Of a DNA stretch of 64,000 bases, positions 60,791-64,000 are shown in pieces. The DNA is from Candidatus Eiseniibacteriota bacterium (GTDB lineage Bacteria; Eisenbacteria; RBG-16-71-46; JAFGJU01): the NCBI GenBank assembly GCA_020349905.1, contig CP070702.1, forward strand, positions 2,423,176 through 2,487,175. The letters are read 5' to 3'. The position numbers and the translations under genes were made by a program. The number at the start of each line of letters is the position of its first letter. Positions within the stretch are counted from its first letter, which is position 1. Below the pieces are notes generated by a model. The model was given only the letters and a program-made list of their open reading frames with translations. It did not search any database and was not told the DNA's origin.

Positions 60791-61671
60791 CCAGCCATCC
60801 CCGCCATTTCGGCGCGCCAGCCGGCAGACGCACGCCGGCTTCTCCTCACGAGTCCTTCCATCGACATCAACTCTGCCAGCAGCTCGCTCATGGTTATGAG
60901 GTCCAGCACGTTGTGATGAAACACCGGAACCAACAGGTACGGGTCGCCCGTGCGCACGTAGGTGTGATAGACGTTGGGAATCTCCGAGCCGGGGATGTCC
61001 CCCACGCGCCTCCTTCGACACACGTAGAGCTCGAGCGTCTGGAGCCTGCAATTGGGAAGCGTTCCCCTCCAGTGCCGCCTCGAATGATGAAGCAGGTCGA
61101 AGTGAAACATGTGGTTGGAAAACCGGGTGCCGTGATACACGGCCCGGTCCGCCATGAAGGGGAGGTCGTACGATTTCCCGTTGAAAGTGATTACGGCCTC
61201 GAATCCTCCGAGCAAATCCGAAACGGCCTCTACGAGACACTTCTCCTCAGAGTAGTCACGGGCGAACAACTGTCTTATGACGAAATCGTCTCCCGAAAGA
61301 AACATGATTCCCACCAGGAACGTGGGGCAGTTGAAGAGACCGGTGCTCTCTATGTCCAGGAACACGGCCCTGGAAAACCCGATCCTTCCGAGCTCTTCGA
61401 GTTCTCTCGCCTTCCCCTCCAGTTTGGAAGAGAAAGCGCTGAGCTCCGCCTGCCTGTACAGAGAGACGACGCGCGCCGTGTTTTTCTCCACCTCCGACCT
61501 GAGCTTCTCGTGGACGTATATCTGCCCGCTCCTGCCGTGCTGTACTCCTCCGGGAAGGTACTCTTCGACCGATACCTTTCCGTCGGCCAAGACTCCCTCC
61601 TCCTTCTGAAGGGCCCGGGAAGCGGCCATGAGATTGGAGAGAGCTTCCTTTGTCTTCCGGCTCAGTTTCAT
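60787..61671 (-). CDS. RNase H-like (YprB/MrfB-type) 3'-5' exonuclease domain protein
   Basis: VFLDIESTGL (DxE), FNGKSYDLPF and HFDLLH follow the DEDDh-like RNase_H_2 pattern. Lies immediately downstream of a DUF1998 helicase, as in B. subtilis yprA-yprB. Confidence 0.72.
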   Translation of the reverse strand: MKLSRKTKEALSNLMAASRALQKEEGVLADGKVSVEEYLPGGVQHGRSGQIYVHEKLRSEVEKNTARVVSLYRQAELSAFSSKLEGKARELEELGRIGFSRAVFLDIESTGLFNCPTFLVGIMFLSGDDFVIRQLFARDYSEEKCLVEAVSDLLGGFEAVITFNGKSYDLPFMADRAVYHGTRFSNHMFHFDLLHHSRRHWRGTLPNCRLQTLELYVCRRRRVGDIPGSEIPNVYHTYVRTGDPYLLVPVFHHNVLDLITMSELLAELMSMEGLVRRSRRASAGWRAEMAGMAG

Positions 61672-61675
61672 TGCA

Positions 61676-64000
61676 CTAAGAACTGCTCGCGGGTCCCCGC
61701 GGCGCCTGTCGAGCTCTCTCTACCAGGAGAGCTGAGAGCATTTCCATCGCCGTCTCCTTGCTGGGAATAGGCCAGCCGTGGTACACGTCCGGATCCTGAT
61801 GTTGTGCCGGCCGCAGAATCGGGAGCCCCACGCACGAAGGACATCCCTCCCTACATTCACATTCCTTGACCAGAGACAGGCAGGCCGAAAGGACTTCGTC
61901 GATTAGCTCGTACGCCTTCTCGGCGAACCCGAGGCCTCCATGGAATCTATCGTATATGAAGACGGTGGGTGTACCCGTGTTGCTGCTGTCGATTATGCCA
62001 CCGATGTCCTGCCTGTCGCACATGGAAAAGAGCGGGATGACGTTTATCATCATGTTACGAATCCCCGCCAGGCCCTCTATCGGATTCTTCCCGCCTCCTC
62101 TCACGGCCTTCAAGAACTCAGCCGACGGGATGAGCCACATGCTGCTAGTCTCCAGGTGCTGGAAAGGAAGGTCCAGAGTCTTGTAACCTATGCTCTCCAG
62201 GGTGTAGAACCTGATCTTCTTGAAAGCCGTGGTGGCCCAGGTAACGTCTGCCTCGCCAAGGACGACTTTCTGCCCCGCCCAGGTCTTCTCCCTTCCCTGC
62301 CCCAACACCCTGAGGCTGGTGTCAAGCACAGGCTGTGTATAGTAATCCACTTCGGACCTCTCCACGTACGCGATTTTCTGCTCCATGTCCAGCTTCCTGG
62401 TGAAGTACGTCTCGCCTTCGTGGAGATATATGGCCTCCGGATACACCAGCTCCGGCGCGCTTATCGCGTCCACCGTTCCGATGACCTTGTTGTCCTTCTT
62501 CGCGTCCACGATCGTATACGTGTCGTCGGAGATGGTCCTCAGATTCACCGAGGCCGCGGGGAAGTCCGTGCGCGACCAGTACCACTTTTCGTCTATCCCC
62601 TTCACGTTCCCTTCCTGCTCGAGCAGGCCCGTGATCTTCTCCGTCAAAGGGCCAAACAGCGCTCTGTCCCGCGGCTCGATGGGGAGCTCGAAGGCGGCTG
62701 CACAGAGATGGCCCGCCAGAATGTAAGGATTATCCGGTGCAACCACGGCATTTTCCGGCGATTGCCGGAAGAAGTACTCAGGGTGACGCATCAAATACTG
62801 GTCAATGGGGTCGTTGTAGGCGACGAGCACGCTCAGGGCTTCACGGGTCCCCCTTCCGGCCCTTCCGGCCTGCTGCCAGGTGCTCGCGATGGTGCCAGGA
62901 AAACCTATCGTCACGGACGCGTCGAGCCCGCCGACGTCGATCCCTAGCTCCAGCGCGTTCGTGCTCACAACACCCATCAGCTCTCCAGAGAAGAGCTGCC
63001 GTTCGATCTCCCTTCTTTCTTCCGGAAGGTACCCCGCCCTGTAGGGCCTTATGGAGTCCTTCAGAGCGGCGCTGTGTGCGGCCAGGTCGTCCGACGCGTA
63101 TCTGTAAATGAGCTCCGCCACCACTCTTGCCTTGGTGAACGCAATTGTCTGTGTTCCGCTCTTGACCAACTCCACGAGAAGCTCCTTGGCTTCCACGATT
63201 GAACTTCGTCTCTCCATCCTGGCGTCGTCAAGAAACGGTGGGTTCCAGAAGACGAACAGCTTGGGCCCGCGCGGCGAGCCGTCCCGGGAGATGAGCTCCA
63301 TCTGGAGGCCAGTCAACTCTTGAGCCAGCTCGCGCGGATTCCTTATCGTGGCGGAACAGAGCACGAACTGGGGATCGGAGCCATAGTGCGAGCAGACTCG
63401 CCTGAGCCGTCTAATCACGTTCGCGACGTTAGAACCGAAGATGCCCCTGTAAGCATGAATCTCATAGATGATGACGTATTTGAGGTCCGAGAAAAACCTG
63501 CTCCAGCGAGTGTGGTAAGGAAGGATGCCCTGGTGAAGCATGTCGGGGTTCGTGAGTATGACGTTGGCCGTCTCGCGGAGCTTCCTTCTGGTGTGCTGAG
63601 CGGTGTCCCCGTCGTAGGTGCCCGAGCGCAGCCTTTCGCCTATGACCTCGTCCTCTCTGGCCATGCGTCCCAGGGCCTTCAGCTGGTCCTGGGCCAGCGC
63701 CTTCGTGGGAAAGATGTAGAAGGCGTTGGCGCGTTCCGCCGTGAGGAGTGATTCCAGAACCGGTATGTTGTAGCAGAGGGTCTTTCCGCTGGCGGTTCCG
63801 GTGACCACAACGAAGCTCTTACCTGCTCTCGCAAGCTCGATGGCCTCGACCTGATGCGAGTACAGCGGGCCCACGCCCAATTTCTTGAGGGTCTCCGATA
63901 GGCCCGGTAACAGCGGCGGGGAAAGCTCCCGGTGGACCGCCTCCCTGGCCGGAAGTCTCTTGACGTACTTGACTCTTTCCCTGAAAGCGGGGGAAGAGAA
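61676..64000 (-). CDS. DEAD/DEAH-box helicase with C-terminal DUF1998 (MZB) domain, MrfA/YprA-like (N-terminus beyond window end)
   Basis: Motif I TGTASGKT, the YEIH variant at motif II, motif VI QQAGRAGRG, and the C-terminal Cys cluster CECREGCPSCV. The reading frame stays open to position 64000. Confidence 0.85.
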   Translation of the reverse strand, partial: FSSPAFRERVKYVKRLPAREAVHRELSPPLLPGLSETLKKLGVGPLYSHQVEAIELARAGKSFVVVTGTASGKTLCYNIPVLESLLTAERANAFYIFPTKALAQDQLKALGRMAREDEVIGERLRSGTYDGDTAQHTRRKLRETANVILTNPDMLHQGILPYHTRWSRFFSDLKYVIIYEIHAYRGIFGSNVANVIRRLRRVCSHYGSDPQFVLCSATIRNPRELAQELTGLQMELISRDGSPRGPKLFVFWNPPFLDDARMERRSSIVEAKELLVELVKSGTQTIAFTKARVVAELIYRYASDDLAAHSAALKDSIRPYRAGYLPEERREIERQLFSGELMGVVSTNALELGIDVGGLDASVTIGFPGTIASTWQQAGRAGRGTREALSVLVAYNDPIDQYLMRHPEYFFRQSPENAVVAPDNPYILAGHLCAAAFELPIEPRDRALFGPLTEKITGLLEQEGNVKGIDEKWYWSRTDFPAASVNLRTISDDTYTIVDAKKDNKVIGTVDAISAPELVYPEAIYLHEGETYFTRKLDMEQKIAYVERSEVDYYTQPVLDTSLRVLGQGREKTWAGQKVVLGEADVTWATTAFKKIRFYTLESIGYKTLDLPFQHLETSSMWLIPSAEFLKAVRGGGKNPIEGLAGIRNMMINVIPLFSMCDRQDIGGIIDSSNTGTPTVFIYDRFHGGLGFAEKAYELIDEVLSACLSLVKECECREGCPSCVGLPILRPAQHQDPDVYHGWPIPSKETAMEMLSALLVERARQAPRGPASSS

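Overview
GC-rich bacterial chromosomal segment, about 88% coding. It is dominated by core housekeeping genes, mostly on the minus strand and often translationally coupled. Gene order, left to right:

- Family-4 UDG (partial), then coaBC-rpoZ-gmk-yicC.
- A divergent RqcH/NFACT gene and a large orphan GAF/PAS histidine kinase.
- YbjQ, a zinc-ribbon methyltransferase and an RRM RNA-binding protein.
- A long minus-strand string: ispG-selB-murA, prmC-prfA-DUF1385-rpmE-rho, ilvC, TPR lipoprotein, HD protein, priA.
- A c-di-GMP signalling cluster: REC-GGDEF(GGDDF), histidine kinase fused to GAF-HD-GYP, single REC.
- tsaD and a complete F1Fo ATP synthase operon (atpZ-like, atpI, atpBEFHAGDC).
- A 1.15 kb gap with no convincing gene, ending in a 16-bp tandem repeat.
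- A CheW / MCP-like / CheW / REC-GAF-HD-GYP operon with no CheA.
- An orphan hypothetical gene behind a near-consensus sigma-54 promoter.
- DUF4416, a QueG-like 4Fe-4S protein, guaB and an OMP beta-barrel.
- tRNA(CAT)-tilS-ftsH-folE-folP-cdaA, then DUF885.
- A Cys-rich secreted protein, then thiL coupled to an MrfB-like nuclease and an MrfA-like DUF1998 helicase (partial at the window end).

No CRISPR array, transposase, integrase or rRNA was seen. Many long ORFs in the supplied track are antisense or alternative-frame shadows typical of GC-rich DNA. Several listed ORFs are over-extended at the N-terminus, and I re-placed those starts by RBS and homology logic.

The most unusual content is regulatory and signalling:

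- The kinase-less chemosensory-like cassette wired to an HD-GYP phosphodiesterase.
- The HK-HD-GYP fusion.
- The 16-bp repeat and decayed gap upstream of the atp operon.
- The sigma-54-driven orphan.
- The Cys-rich secreted protein with a long leader.

All functional calls come from motif recognition by eye. No database search was run.
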